A stretch of 64,000 nt of DNA from Chitinophagales bacterium. GTDB lineage: Bacteria; Bacteroidota; Bacteroidia; Chitinophagales; JADIYW01. Below, piece by piece: positions 10,182 to 20,316 of the stretch (position 1 is its first letter; every line of letters begins with the position of its first letter). The notes beneath the pieces are model-generated. The model was not told the DNA's origin, searched no databases, and saw nothing but the letters and a program-made list of their open reading frames with translations. The stretch spans positions 309-64,308 of the forward strand of contig JAMLHJ010000005.1 of NCBI GenBank assembly GCA_023957245.1, written 5' to 3'. Both the position numbers and the translations under genes were made by a program.

Positions 10182-10433
10182 GATGGACGATGGACAGTGG
10201 ACGATGGACAATGGGCGATGGACTATGGGCGATGGACGATGGACGATGGACGATGGACGATGGACGATAGACGATGGGCGATGGACGATGGACAATAGAC
10301 TATGGACTATGGACGATGGACAGTGGACGATGGACGATAGACAATGGACGATGGACAATGGACGATGGACGATGGACGATAGACGATAGACAATGGACGA
10401 TGGACAATGGACAATGGACGATGGACGATGGAC
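10182..10433. repeat. heptanucleotide tandem array, 36 units (GATGGAC / AATGGAC and variants)
   Basis: Parsed by hand into 36 consecutive 7-mers with no phase break. Variants are GATGGAC, AATGGAC, AGTGGAC, GATAGAC, AATAGAC, TATGGAC, AATGGGC, GATGGGC and TATGGGC. Confidence 0.97.
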
Positions 10434-10500
10434 GAAGAGACGAAGAGACGAAGAGACGAAGGGAAAATACTGGAGGTTGAGCGCTTCGACTTTATTCAGC
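10434..10500. repeat. mosaic repeat module: (GAAGAGAC)x3 plus conserved core CTGGAGGTTGAGCGCTTCGA
   Basis: An 8-bp repeat in 3 copies directly abuts the heptamer array. It is followed by the same core seen at at least 9 other sites in the window. Confidence 0.8.
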
Positions 10501-10584
10501 AACCGCCTGTCAAAACCAGAAAGAAGATGTGAGAAGTAAAAAAATACCTTATTATAAATCTTTAAATGTTAATATATTAGAGAA

Positions 10585-12435
10585 ATGTTTCGTCGTCCTC
10601 TAGCAATTATTATTGGAGTGGGTTTGATATTGTTGAGTTTTCTACATTATTCAAATGCGCTTACAAATGATTTTTCTTTAGACGATTATTTGTATTTAGC
10701 ACAAGTAAAAAATATCCATCGCTGGTCTGACTTGCAATCTATATTCCAAATCCCTTTTGGGATATCAGATTATCGACCTATAACTACACTTTCATTTGGC
10801 ATTGAAAAATTATTATCTGGAGGGAATATCTACCCTCATATTGCTCACTGGGTCAACCTAATATTATACATTTTATGTAGCTTGAGTCTTTACCGTTTTG
10901 TAAAAAAAATAGCTACTCATCAATATTTACCTCATATAGCTATCATCACTACTATTATTTTCATAACAATACCTCTCCACAACTCCATGATATCCAATAT
11001 AAAATCGAGAGATGGCTTACTCAGTTTTATGTTTGGGATGATTTATTTAAATCTTATTATAGAAGCATTAACATACAAAAGGAATAATCTAGGGAAAATA
11101 ATTCTATCAATTTTGGCAATAGGATTTGTCATATTATCTATCTTTTCTAAAGTTGATGGCTTCAATTTTATATTCATCACGCCATTGCTTTATATCATCT
11201 ACTTTAAAAAGTTCAGTTTAAAATATATTATTAGAACAATCATCATCTTCATACTCCTTACCAAAATCAGCATTAGCATATACTCTAATTGGACAACACA
11301 AAAAGATACGGCTGTAGAAAAATACAATAAAGTTGTACAAAATGATCCTGTTTTATTCACAGAAAACCCTATCGTCAATTATACTTCTTGGGATGATAAA
11401 ATTGCATACTCGATTCTCACCTATTATGAATATACTAAAATGCTCTTACGACCTAATCATCATTACTATTATTATGGTTATGATATGGTTCCTGTATTAA
11501 AAATAAATGACCCAAAAGTAATAGCTGCTGGAATATTTTTGCTCTTACTAATAGTATCTATATTCCTATTTTACAAGAAAAATAAGGTTTATAGTTTCGG
11601 TGTTGCCTTTTATTTAGTTGGACTATTGTATTGTTCCAATTTGATTATCCCTGTTTCTGGTATTGTAGCTGATAGATATGCTTTTATAGCATCTGCTGGT
11701 GCTTGTACTGCAATAGCTGTACTCATCCAAATGGTAATGGTCAAACTAATAACTCTAAAGAAACAGGCTATCCCAATTACTTATAGAAACAAAACAATCA
11801 CTCAAATTCCTACATCTACTATATATCTAATTCCAATATTCTTATTGAGCTCGTTGTTCTATCTACCTGAAAATAGAGAACGGTCAAAAGAATGGGCAAG
11901 TCTTCAAAGTATATTTGAAGCAGATCTTCCTGAAATCACTCATCAGTCTTATGAAGGAAATCTCATTGCAATAAAAAGTTTTATGGCAATGGCACAGAAT
12001 AATGACTCCATCGAAAGTAAGAAATATTATAACAAAGTGCTGTATTATGGAAGTAATGCAAAAAGAATATACCCTGATGGGCAATATGCACAAGACTTAA
12101 TGATTACAGCATATTATGAACTAGGTCAAATGTATGAAGCTATGGAATTGGCTAGGAAGGTGGTAGAAAAATTTGATTCTACTGAAATTGGATGGAGAGT
12201 ACTCAACGAATATTATTATATACAAGAATATAGAGATAGTCTAGAAAATTCATGCAAAAAGGTATTAAGTTTTGCTCCTTTAGATCCTGTAGTCAATATG
12301 ATGTATGTCAGTAATCTCAAATATCTTCATCAAACCAATGTAGCTCAACAATATTTAGATGAACTAGAAAGAAAATATCCTGAAAGTTCAATTCCAGAGG
12401 ATACAAGAAAATATTTGAACTCCAAGCCTGAATGA
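10585..12435 (+). CDS. multi-pass membrane protein, PMT/TMTC-like glycosyltransferase-type N-terminal region with TPR-like C-terminal domain
   Basis: 616 aa with about 10 or more TM segments. The N-terminal pattern (DDYLYL...DYRPITTLSF...HIAHWVNLILYIL) resembles family-39/TMTC-like membrane glycosyltransferases. The soluble C-terminal ~180 aa is helical-repeat-like. The family call is by eye only. Confidence 0.65.
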   Translation: MFRRPLAIIIGVGLILLSFLHYSNALTNDFSLDDYLYLAQVKNIHRWSDLQSIFQIPFGISDYRPITTLSFGIEKLLSGGNIYPHIAHWVNLILYILCSLSLYRFVKKIATHQYLPHIAIITTIIFITIPLHNSMISNIKSRDGLLSFMFGMIYLNLIIEALTYKRNNLGKIILSILAIGFVILSIFSKVDGFNFIFITPLLYIIYFKKFSLKYIIRTIIIFILLTKISISIYSNWTTQKDTAVEKYNKVVQNDPVLFTENPIVNYTSWDDKIAYSILTYYEYTKMLLRPNHHYYYYGYDMVPVLKINDPKVIAAGIFLLLLIVSIFLFYKKNKVYSFGVAFYLVGLLYCSNLIIPVSGIVADRYAFIASAGACTAIAVLIQMVMVKLITLKKQAIPITYRNKTITQIPTSTIYLIPIFLLSSLFYLPENRERSKEWASLQSIFEADLPEITHQSYEGNLIAIKSFMAMAQNNDSIESKKYYNKVLYYGSNAKRIYPDGQYAQDLMITAYYELGQMYEAMELARKVVEKFDSTEIGWRVLNEYYYIQEYRDSLENSCKKVLSFAPLDPVVNMMYVSNLKYLHQTNVAQQYLDELERKYPESSIPEDTRKYLNSKPE

Positions 12436-12551
12436 TTTATGATTTATGAAGACGATGGACGATAGACGATGGACAATGGACGATGGACAATAGACGATGG
12501 ACGATGGACGATGGACAATGGACAATGGACAATGGACGATGGTCGATGGAC
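12434..12551. repeat. heptanucleotide tandem array: 2 GATTTAT units, a 6-nt GAAGAC, then 14 GATGGAC-type units
   Basis: Hand-parsed. The 14 GATGGAC-type units span 12454-12551. The array begins overlapping the TGA stop (12433-12435) of the upstream gene. Confidence 0.95.
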
Positions 12552-12620
12552 AAGTTACATTCTGCCTCTAAAATAATCTAACAACATCACCACATTATCT
12601 AATCTTCACGTCTTCACATT

Positions 12621-12656
12621 AAAAAAGGGTTATCTGAAATCAGACAACCCTTTTTT
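12621..12656. terminator. bidirectional rho-independent terminator candidate
   Basis: AAAAAAGGGTTATCTGA-AA-TCAGACAACCCTTTTTT lies between the convergent 10585-12435 gene and the giant gene. Confidence 0.75.
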
Positions 12657-12676
12657 ATTTTGAATAATGAGAAAAA

Positions 12677-15600
12677 TTATTGTTTCACTACTTTGGCATC
12701 AAATTCTTTTCCGCTTTCGTCTGTGAATGAGATGATATATGTAGCTGCAGGGTAATTGGCTAAGCTCAATTTGACACGGTTGACACCAGTAGCCAAGTCC
12801 ACTTCTTTATTACCCATCACTTTGCCATTCATATCTAAAATGCGAATATTGACATGTTGATTCAATTTAGAATTAATTGTCGCTTCCACAGGGCCATCAG
12901 TAGGATTTGGATGAAGTGCTACAAATCCATCTCCTTTACTAGCTAAGTTCAACTCAATTTGAATGATCTTAGAATAGTGATGAGCACCATCAAAGTCCAC
13001 TTGTTTCAATCTGTAATAATTGATACCATTGAAAGGTTCATTATCCCATAATTGATACTGATGTGGATCTGAAGTAGTACCATGCCCTTTCACAGTGCCA
13101 ATAGATGACCAATTTTTAGCATCATTGCTTTTCTCTACAATGAAGTAATCATTATTCAATTCAGAAGCAGTCTCCCAATTCAACAACACTTTATCTTCTA
13201 TCAATGTACCTGTAAAATGTACCAATGTAATCGGTAGAACATTAATATCTGGACTGACTCGGATAGCTATACCACCTCCAGAGAAACCATCCCATGCTAC
13301 TTCTGCAAAGTGAGTACCCAACATATTACCCACTGCACCATAAGGCAAACTTGACAACAAGTGTCCGACATAAACAAAATTATTGATAGTAGTCGGTTGA
13401 ATATCAGTCGTAGCAGAGTTCACAGGAACACTAAATGCTGTAACTGGACCAGCGACAAATTGTGTATGATCGGTATTTTTGAATACCTGAGCAGGGCCAG
13501 TCGTTAAAGGTAATCCACAAGTCATATTATAAAGTGCTCGCCATGCATTTGCTCTTGCTAAAGTCGCAGCTTCCTCAGCTGGTTTATAGAAAAATCTTGT
13601 TTTTATAAAGCCGTTAGGAGTACCAGATATCACTCTTACATTCCAATATCTCGGCATGACAAAGTTACCCTCGCATGCTGTCAAATCTTGAGCAAAGAAC
13701 ACATCATCCTGAGTAGTAGGGTTAGGAGTCACTGTAATATCCACCTCTGCAGTAAACAAAGCGGTATTGGCACCAGGTACAACGGATGGTGTTTTCTGAA
13801 TAGCAAAAAGATATTCATACGGTGTGGCTGTAGTAGCATACCAAGTCCATCCTGCAGTGTCCACACATACTTCAACAGCTGTAGTCGTTGCATTATCTGG
13901 AGCATAAACAATATAAGCAGGGGATGATGTACACAAACAAGTATCTACGACAGTAACAGATTTAGAAACAGCACTTGTAGTTGAACAAGGTGCTGGAGCT
14001 TCTGCTCTGACGTAATATATGATATTCGTTGCAGGTGAATGTGTAAACACTCCAGTAGTATTAGCAGCTATCTGAGTGCCTCCACTTGTAGGATCACCAT
14101 TATACAATACCCATTGAGCACCAGCACCTAAAGAACCTCCATGTTGCGTAATCGTAATTGCATCTCCTTTACACACCATATCAGGTGCAGTAATAGAATC
14201 TGGTGCAACTGATGGCTCAACAATAGTGACAGTCACAGGTGTAGGAATTGAATTGCCACATCGGTTTTCGATACGAACATAATAAGTAGTTGTCGCAGCA
14301 GGTCTAGGTATCTTAATAGTACGATATGTCATCAAGGTATCTCCCTTGGGAACACCTTTATTGCCGATATAGATAGGGGTATGAGGTCCTAAAGTATCTG
14401 GTCTAGTATCATAGAAATAGAACTTGCCATCATTACCAAGATTTCCTCCCCATACTCTGAGAGATATAGAATCTGGAGCAGATGCATCATTACATATTAA
14501 AGTATCTGAAGCTCGCAAGGAATCTTGCTGTATAAATGGTATCACTGTTACGACTGTTCTTCTCTGCCATCTTGGAGAATAAGTATCTTTACTTGCAGCT
14601 GCTCTAAATGCAGCATCAGTAAAGCAACGACCGACCAGATTGACAAAATAAGTGGTAGTTGTATCTATGATGGTCTGTATCTGCGAGAATGGAGCGCGCT
14701 TTGTAATAATAGTATCACCAGTAATCGAATCAATTGATGCAACCGCTATACTATCTCCTGTGTATGAAGTATAAGTCAAGAAATCAGTAGTGGCTGAACC
14801 TGGGTTTCTGAAACAAGTAGCAGTAGAAATATCTAGCGGGTTGGTACACCTAGAACCAAAGCAAGCGTTAGAAGGACCCAACCTATTATTATAAGGTCCA
14901 CCTTCTAAGCTATACCACGCATACTGCTGCATAAACTTAGCTTTAAAACCATTGATAGAATCAGTCGGCATCTCCAATGTAATCAATGTGCCTGGACATA
15001 CAGTATCAGGAGCTATCATCATACAAGAGCCTTGATAATGCAAATAATCATTCAACCCATTTGTAGCATTACTACACCATGCATTGGTATATGGAACAGG
15101 AACTGCTGCTGCAGTAGCATAACACAATCCCCAAGGAGTTTCCTTATTATAAATCAAAGAATATACTTCATTACTAGTATCTCTACAAACTAGGTCTCCA
15201 GGACTCATTGACACCATACGTCTGAAATAGACAGTTCCTGGATCGGTATTTCCTGGTGTTTGATTAAATACATTCGTAGATGCACTATAAATATTAAATG
15301 CTGTACCTACACCAGGATCCCAACTTTGAGCAACAGCACCAATACCTTGTGGTGCACCAGATGTAGTCGGCCAAGAAGGAGCTACAGTGGTCCATACTCC
15401 ATTCACTTTTATCTGCCATTCATAGAAATAAGTAGTAGGGTCAGAAGGTCCTAATGGAATATTACCATTCATGACACCGATATCCACATTATTCGCAGTA
15501 ACATTTCCTGAATTTCGTAAAGGAGGAGCAATAGAAGCATTACAATCTGCAGCTGGTGGAATAGGAAAATCAATCAAATTATTAGAAAAATTATCTTTCA

Positions 15601-18600
15601 CAATAATCGTTCGGATATTGGAAGTATCAGAACATACCAAAGAAGATGAAGATACTATTCTATAAAAACGATAAGTTCCATTTCCACTGAAAATTGGAGG
15701 AATATACGTTTCATTAACTTCTCCAGACAAAGCCGTAAAGGCTCCTCCATTGGCACTTTGATACCATTGGAATGTCCAATTTCCTCCTGGAACGTGCATA
15801 GGCAATGGGAAAGAAACATGTGACTGAATCGTATCTACTTGTCCGATATTACAGATATAAATGGTATCTGCACTCAATGGGAAAGTATTGATTTCATTAA
15901 CAATTTCAGGATTGACCGTAATGGTGTCATAAATAGGAATAGACCATCCACAACAATTATCTCTTACACGATATCTTACTTGATAATTGACAGGACTTCC
16001 AGTATTATTTAATGGGAGTGTCAATCCTGTAGGATTAGCAACGCCATAAATTTCAATATTTGGAACTGGCGCAGTCTTAACACCACCAACAGGAGCTTTT
16101 TGAATTATCCATTCATGGTCAATCGGATTAGCCATACCAGGTGTAGAGCTCAAAGAAAAAGTAGTTCCAGAACACATGGTATCTGGGACATTAATTGTTG
16201 GTAATGGGCGTTCATATCTGATATACAATTGATTCTGATAAGTACCCCCTGGTATTGTCAACAAATGTTTTGGCCCTAAAAACCCTGTTGGCACATAGAC
16301 ATTTTTGGGACTTGATGTTGGCAAATTTGTAGAAGAAAGATTGTTCGTTATATCATTATAGTTCAATACATTCTGAGGAATCAAGTTACCCCATGAAGTA
16401 GTAGCCTTGCGAATAGTGAGTTTGGAATTAGTACATCCAGATGTATAATCAGATTCTACTCTATCTGAAGGATATGATCCATCAGGCGCATCTTTTGTAA
16501 AAGTTGAAGTAGGACTGATATATTGAGCCATGTTAAAGCCTGCGACTCCTCCAGGAGCACCCATACCACCCGTACCTCCTGTACCTCCTGAACCTCCATC
16601 ACCAGCAACTGTTACCTGACCTGCATAACCCGGATTACCCGCAGCTCCCATACCTCCTAACGGTGCAGCAGAAGTAGATACTAATGGTACAAAATTACGA
16701 TTGGTACCAGAGGAAGTACGACCAATCCATATTCCAAAGGCACCACCACTGCCCCATCCTGGTCTTCCTCCGAATCCACCCAAGCCACCCAAGCCACCAG
16801 CATTGCCAGCGTTTCCTCCGCCGCCGCCGCCGCCGCCACCTGACAGACCATTGAGTAAAGGAATACTTTGACCTTTAGGAAAATAATATTGCATTGGTGT
16901 CAAATCAGATAAAACTAATCCTACATCGACACCAGCAAATCCAATATCGTCACCCGGCACACCGTCATAACCATTTGTATTCACTGCTCCTCCTGTACCT
17001 CTCAAGCCAGGTAATCCCAAAGCAGGATCATTCACAATAGCAGCTCCTCCTGGATTACCAGGAGCTCCATCATTACCTCCTGCTCTATTTCCACACAAAT
17101 TCCCATAGAAAGGAGGAACAGCACAAGGGGCATCTATTCTTACTCCACTAGAGTCTCCATCAGAGCCTATACCTGCCTGTCCAGCAGTAGCAATGACATT
17201 GATGATACGCCATCCAGTAGCACTATCTATATGGATAGCATAATTGCTCAATCCTCTACCTTTGGGATAAGATCCCAAAAGAGCATCTCTAGCAGGAGCA
17301 TCTGTAGTAGTGATATTGACATCTTGAATAATCCAATTGTTTCCGATAGATCTAAATCCAATTCTATGGATACGATTATCATCAATACGCTCTATAATAT
17401 TACTTGTGATATTGGTAACCGCATCTGAACGTTTGACCCAAATATTTTCACCTAAGTCCGCATCCCACTCTTCCACATATCCTCCTTCCGCTACGAGGCT
17501 ATCTCTCATGACCAATGCACGATTGCCTGATAAGGTATAACTTCCCGCTAATATCTTGATATGTCTTATGGTATTACTTGGAGCAGCTGTCACCATATTG
17601 AAAGCTTCTTCCAAGGTATAAGGTCTGCTGATAGTACCAATTCCTGTTCCTGGCACAGCCAAGTGAGATGCATATAACACTCCTGTCACCCCTGAGCAAC
17701 CAGGGTCTTCTGTCTGGAAGTAACATGTAGTGGAATAATTGGTAGCTGATGGACAGATATCTGTTACGACTGTAGTCATCGTCACAGAAACTGTTGTCGG
17801 TGAAGTATTTGGGAAAGAAAGTGTTGTTTTCCAAGGAGAGCCTCCTGGAACAGCAGGAGATACCGTACCTCCAGTAGATGCCCATGTATATCTTATCCCT
17901 GGAATAGGTGTTGATCCAGGAGCAGGAGGAAGTACCGGTTGCAATTCAATAGAAGCACCCGCTCTCACTTTAGTTGGACTTCCAGCTGTACCACATGCTA
18001 GCACACCTGCATCTATAGGGACAATAATACTATCTAATACCGTGATACGTGTACATTGTGTAAATGCTTCAGCAAATTTATCACCATTGGGCGTTTTACT
18101 ACCATCTCCATTTCTATTGAATACTTTGAGACGATATACTCTTGTTCCGTTAAAAGTTCCAGTATTGAATCCAGTGGGGCAGACACCTCCCTGAGCAGCA
18201 GGGACATCTATCCAAGTTGTTCCTGCTGGTGGACAAGCTGGACCAGCTGGTGTATTGACTTCAGCATATTGCCACTGGTAGAAAGTAGAATTTAGGGAGC
18301 CTGTCACACTCATTGTATGAGTAGCACCTGGACAAATGATGACATCTCTAGGTCCATCAACAGTACCAGCGATAGGTTTGGCTATCTCCCATCTATATCT
18401 CAAACGAGCGAGATGGCTTTGCATTCTATTACCAGACAATCTAATCGGTACATAAATATAATTATCTGTAAATGGAGGACTATTTCTCCAATTGATAGTA
18501 CCATTGGCAGTAGCATAATTATCATTGTCACTTGCGCTAATCTTTGCCAATTCATTCAAAGGCCAAATAGGCCACACACAGAATCCGCCCAACCAGCTTG

Positions 18601-20197
18601 GCGCATGAGTATCACAACAATCACTACCGGATCCAATCAAACAAGAAACACAACTATTTGTAGGTGCATCTGTACCACAATCACTCTCCCAAGATTCTAT
18701 TCTATAACTGAAAGTATTGGCATTGGTGTTAGCTCCAGTAAAAGTTCTATTCAATAATAGCGTATTGGTATTAACCCAAGCTGGATCGTCCTGCGAGGTT
18801 TTTACTGTAGGAGCATATCCTGGTTCAGCAGTGAACTGGTTGTCCCATGCTTTGGCTCTTATGTATTTCTCGTCATCTTTTGTTACTGCTTGAGGACCTA
18901 AAGGCACATCATTACAATCTTGTGAAATGAATCCAAAGACATCACCCAAAACTGAAATATTAAGACCATCATGGTCAGAGTCCATAAAATGTCCATCAAG
19001 CCATACTTGGAGTTTGATGCCATTCATATCATCGTAAGTGGTGTCACAAAGTTGAGCTTGATTCTTTACTGTGTTGGAGTTAGGTTCTTTGAAGCCTGAT
19101 TGTGCTCCCGTCCAGCTCCATCGATGTGCAAAGACAAGGATATAACCTTCGTTGTCGATACTATTCCAGATACTTCCATCTCTATTATCTGAAACTACAA
19201 TTTTTTGAGAGGTAAAATATCCCACTTCCCCTGGAGGTGTTCCTCTGAAAAATGCAGGGTCAGTTATAAAACTTATCTTTGAAGCATAGGAGTCATCATA
19301 ATCGGAAATACCTACTGCGGAAGCAATGATATTCACAATATTCAATGGGTCAAGCTCCCATCCAAAAAAGTTTATACAAGCTCCTAAACCAGCTCCCCAT
19401 GCCAATCCTGTCACCCCCATTGAGTCCACAATAAGTGATGTCATGATGATATCATAAGGGAAAATAGCCTTTTTACCTTCATAATATTGAGGAAGTCCGA
19501 AGGTGGTTTTACAACCGACTCCTCCGATATTCATCACCGCTTCAGAGCCTGAAATATCTGCATCAGACTCATAAGCATCCACTAACTGAAATTGATATCT
19601 ATCAGGAGCTTTGCCACCAGAAAAGGTAGCATCATAAAGCAAATAGCCTAAAGTACCTGGAGTATTCACTCCTACTGGCCTAGCATATCCATCGACTGTT
19701 TGAGGATATGGATTAGGAGCAATATCAGAAACATTTTTAGCCATAAAAACACTTCCTGGAAAAATTGGTAGAGTGGCTTTGGGAAAAGTTGATTCTCTAA
19801 ATGGAAAGAAAGGGTTCTGCATTCTAAACTTTGAATCATTTACTTTCCAAAAGTGTTGATTATTTTTATCTTTTATGGTGAACCGCATATCCTGCGCAAA
19901 AAAGTTGTTCAAAATATTGAACTGCGGGAATCTATCCATAACAAAGCCAGAGCCATTTGCTGCCCGGATACGCAATTTATTAAATTGAAACTTGGTAGGG
20001 CCAGTGATGACGTTCTCACTACAGTTGGCATCCGAATAGACGGCATGCAACCATACTTCCAGTCGCATATCTGCATCATTAAACACTTCGTTTTGTGCAA
20101 AAGTGTTCTTGCTCCAAAGGACTAATGTTAATATTAATATTAGTTTTGAAATATTGCTCAGAATACTGGGGAAACTGTTGAGTATATTTTTTTTCAT
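12677..20197 (-). CDS. giant (2506 aa) T9SS-secreted cell-surface protein, adhesin-like, Cys-rich Ig-like repeats, central Gly-rich block, C-terminal T9SS sorting domain
   Basis: - N-terminal signal peptide ending in ...NTFAQNE.
- C-terminal ~80 aa (FVALHPNPTDGPVEATINS...IRILDMNGKVMG...ATYIISF...) match the T9SS type-A sorting-domain pattern.
- The preceding segment (LLNWETASELNNDYFIVEKSNDAKNW...YYRLKQVDFDG) is common in Bacteroidota secreted proteins.
- All antisense ORFs in the track are shorter and compositionally implausible. Confidence 0.9.
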   Translation of the reverse strand: MKKNILNSFPSILSNISKLILILTLVLWSKNTFAQNEVFNDADMRLEVWLHAVYSDANCSENVITGPTKFQFNKLRIRAANGSGFVMDRFPQFNILNNFFAQDMRFTIKDKNNQHFWKVNDSKFRMQNPFFPFRESTFPKATLPIFPGSVFMAKNVSDIAPNPYPQTVDGYARPVGVNTPGTLGYLLYDATFSGGKAPDRYQFQLVDAYESDADISGSEAVMNIGGVGCKTTFGLPQYYEGKKAIFPYDIIMTSLIVDSMGVTGLAWGAGLGACINFFGWELDPLNIVNIIASAVGISDYDDSYASKISFITDPAFFRGTPPGEVGYFTSQKIVVSDNRDGSIWNSIDNEGYILVFAHRWSWTGAQSGFKEPNSNTVKNQAQLCDTTYDDMNGIKLQVWLDGHFMDSDHDGLNISVLGDVFGFISQDCNDVPLGPQAVTKDDEKYIRAKAWDNQFTAEPGYAPTVKTSQDDPAWVNTNTLLLNRTFTGANTNANTFSYRIESWESDCGTDAPTNSCVSCLIGSGSDCCDTHAPSWLGGFCVWPIWPLNELAKISASDNDNYATANGTINWRNSPPFTDNYIYVPIRLSGNRMQSHLARLRYRWEIAKPIAGTVDGPRDVIICPGATHTMSVTGSLNSTFYQWQYAEVNTPAGPACPPAGTTWIDVPAAQGGVCPTGFNTGTFNGTRVYRLKVFNRNGDGSKTPNGDKFAEAFTQCTRITVLDSIIVPIDAGVLACGTAGSPTKVRAGASIELQPVLPPAPGSTPIPGIRYTWASTGGTVSPAVPGGSPWKTTLSFPNTSPTTVSVTMTTVVTDICPSATNYSTTCYFQTEDPGCSGVTGVLYASHLAVPGTGIGTISRPYTLEEAFNMVTAAPSNTIRHIKILAGSYTLSGNRALVMRDSLVAEGGYVEEWDADLGENIWVKRSDAVTNITSNIIERIDDNRIHRIGFRSIGNNWIIQDVNITTTDAPARDALLGSYPKGRGLSNYAIHIDSATGWRIINVIATAGQAGIGSDGDSSGVRIDAPCAVPPFYGNLCGNRAGGNDGAPGNPGGAAIVNDPALGLPGLRGTGGAVNTNGYDGVPGDDIGFAGVDVGLVLSDLTPMQYYFPKGQSIPLLNGLSGGGGGGGGGNAGNAGGLGGLGGFGGRPGWGSGGAFGIWIGRTSSGTNRNFVPLVSTSAAPLGGMGAAGNPGYAGQVTVAGDGGSGGTGGTGGMGAPGGVAGFNMAQYISPTSTFTKDAPDGSYPSDRVESDYTSGCTNSKLTIRKATTSWGNLIPQNVLNYNDITNNLSSTNLPTSSPKNVYVPTGFLGPKHLLTIPGGTYQNQLYIRYERPLPTINVPDTMCSGTTFSLSSTPGMANPIDHEWIIQKAPVGGVKTAPVPNIEIYGVANPTGLTLPLNNTGSPVNYQVRYRVRDNCCGWSIPIYDTITVNPEIVNEINTFPLSADTIYICNIGQVDTIQSHVSFPLPMHVPGGNWTFQWYQSANGGAFTALSGEVNETYIPPIFSGNGTYRFYRIVSSSSLVCSDTSNIRTIIVKDNFSNNLIDFPIPPAADCNASIAPPLRNSGNVTANNVDIGVMNGNIPLGPSDPTTYFYEWQIKVNGVWTTVAPSWPTTSGAPQGIGAVAQSWDPGVGTAFNIYSASTNVFNQTPGNTDPGTVYFRRMVSMSPGDLVCRDTSNEVYSLIYNKETPWGLCYATAAAVPVPYTNAWCSNATNGLNDYLHYQGSCMMIAPDTVCPGTLITLEMPTDSINGFKAKFMQQYAWYSLEGGPYNNRLGPSNACFGSRCTNPLDISTATCFRNPGSATTDFLTYTSYTGDSIAVASIDSITGDTIITKRAPFSQIQTIIDTTTTYFVNLVGRCFTDAAFRAAASKDTYSPRWQRRTVVTVIPFIQQDSLRASDTLICNDASAPDSISLRVWGGNLGNDGKFYFYDTRPDTLGPHTPIYIGNKGVPKGDTLMTYRTIKIPRPAATTTYYVRIENRCGNSIPTPVTVTIVEPSVAPDSITAPDMVCKGDAITITQHGGSLGAGAQWVLYNGDPTSGGTQIAANTTGVFTHSPATNIIYYVRAEAPAPCSTTSAVSKSVTVVDTCLCTSSPAYIVYAPDNATTTAVEVCVDTAGWTWYATTATPYEYLFAIQKTPSVVPGANTALFTAEVDITVTPNPTTQDDVFFAQDLTACEGNFVMPRYWNVRVISGTPNGFIKTRFFYKPAEEAATLARANAWRALYNMTCGLPLTTGPAQVFKNTDHTQFVAGPVTAFSVPVNSATTDIQPTTINNFVYVGHLLSSLPYGAVGNMLGTHFAEVAWDGFSGGGIAIRVSPDINVLPITLVHFTGTLIEDKVLLNWETASELNNDYFIVEKSNDAKNWSSIGTVKGHGTTSDPHQYQLWDNEPFNGINYYRLKQVDFDGAHHYSKIIQIELNLASKGDGFVALHPNPTDGPVEATINSKLNQHVNIRILDMNGKVMGNKEVDLATGVNRVKLSLANYPAATYIISFTDESGKEFDAKVVKQ

Positions 20198-20316
20198 AAG
20201 CCTCTATATTATATTGTCAAATTACCAAATCTTAAATATCATTACCAAATTGACAATTATCCCAAAGTTAAATAAATATTTCCAAATGTGTAATGTTTTA
20301 ACAAAAAAAAGAAAAA

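Noticed and set aside
10155-10502. ORFs of 68-115 aa translating to MDDGRWTMDNGQWT... (plus strand) or SIVHRPSSIVHCP... (minus strand)
   Set aside because: They are read-through of the 7-bp GATGGAC array. The unit has no stop codon in any of the six frames, and the peptide periodicity of 7 aa (21 nt) is a direct consequence of that. This is not coding sequence.
13688-18757. Numerous 60-150-aa ORFs on both strands inside the giant gene (for example 17739-18194 and 18317-18757)
   Set aside because: They are embedded in, and mostly antisense to, a 7.5-kb ORF that has a clear signal peptide and T9SS CTD. They have no independent motif support.
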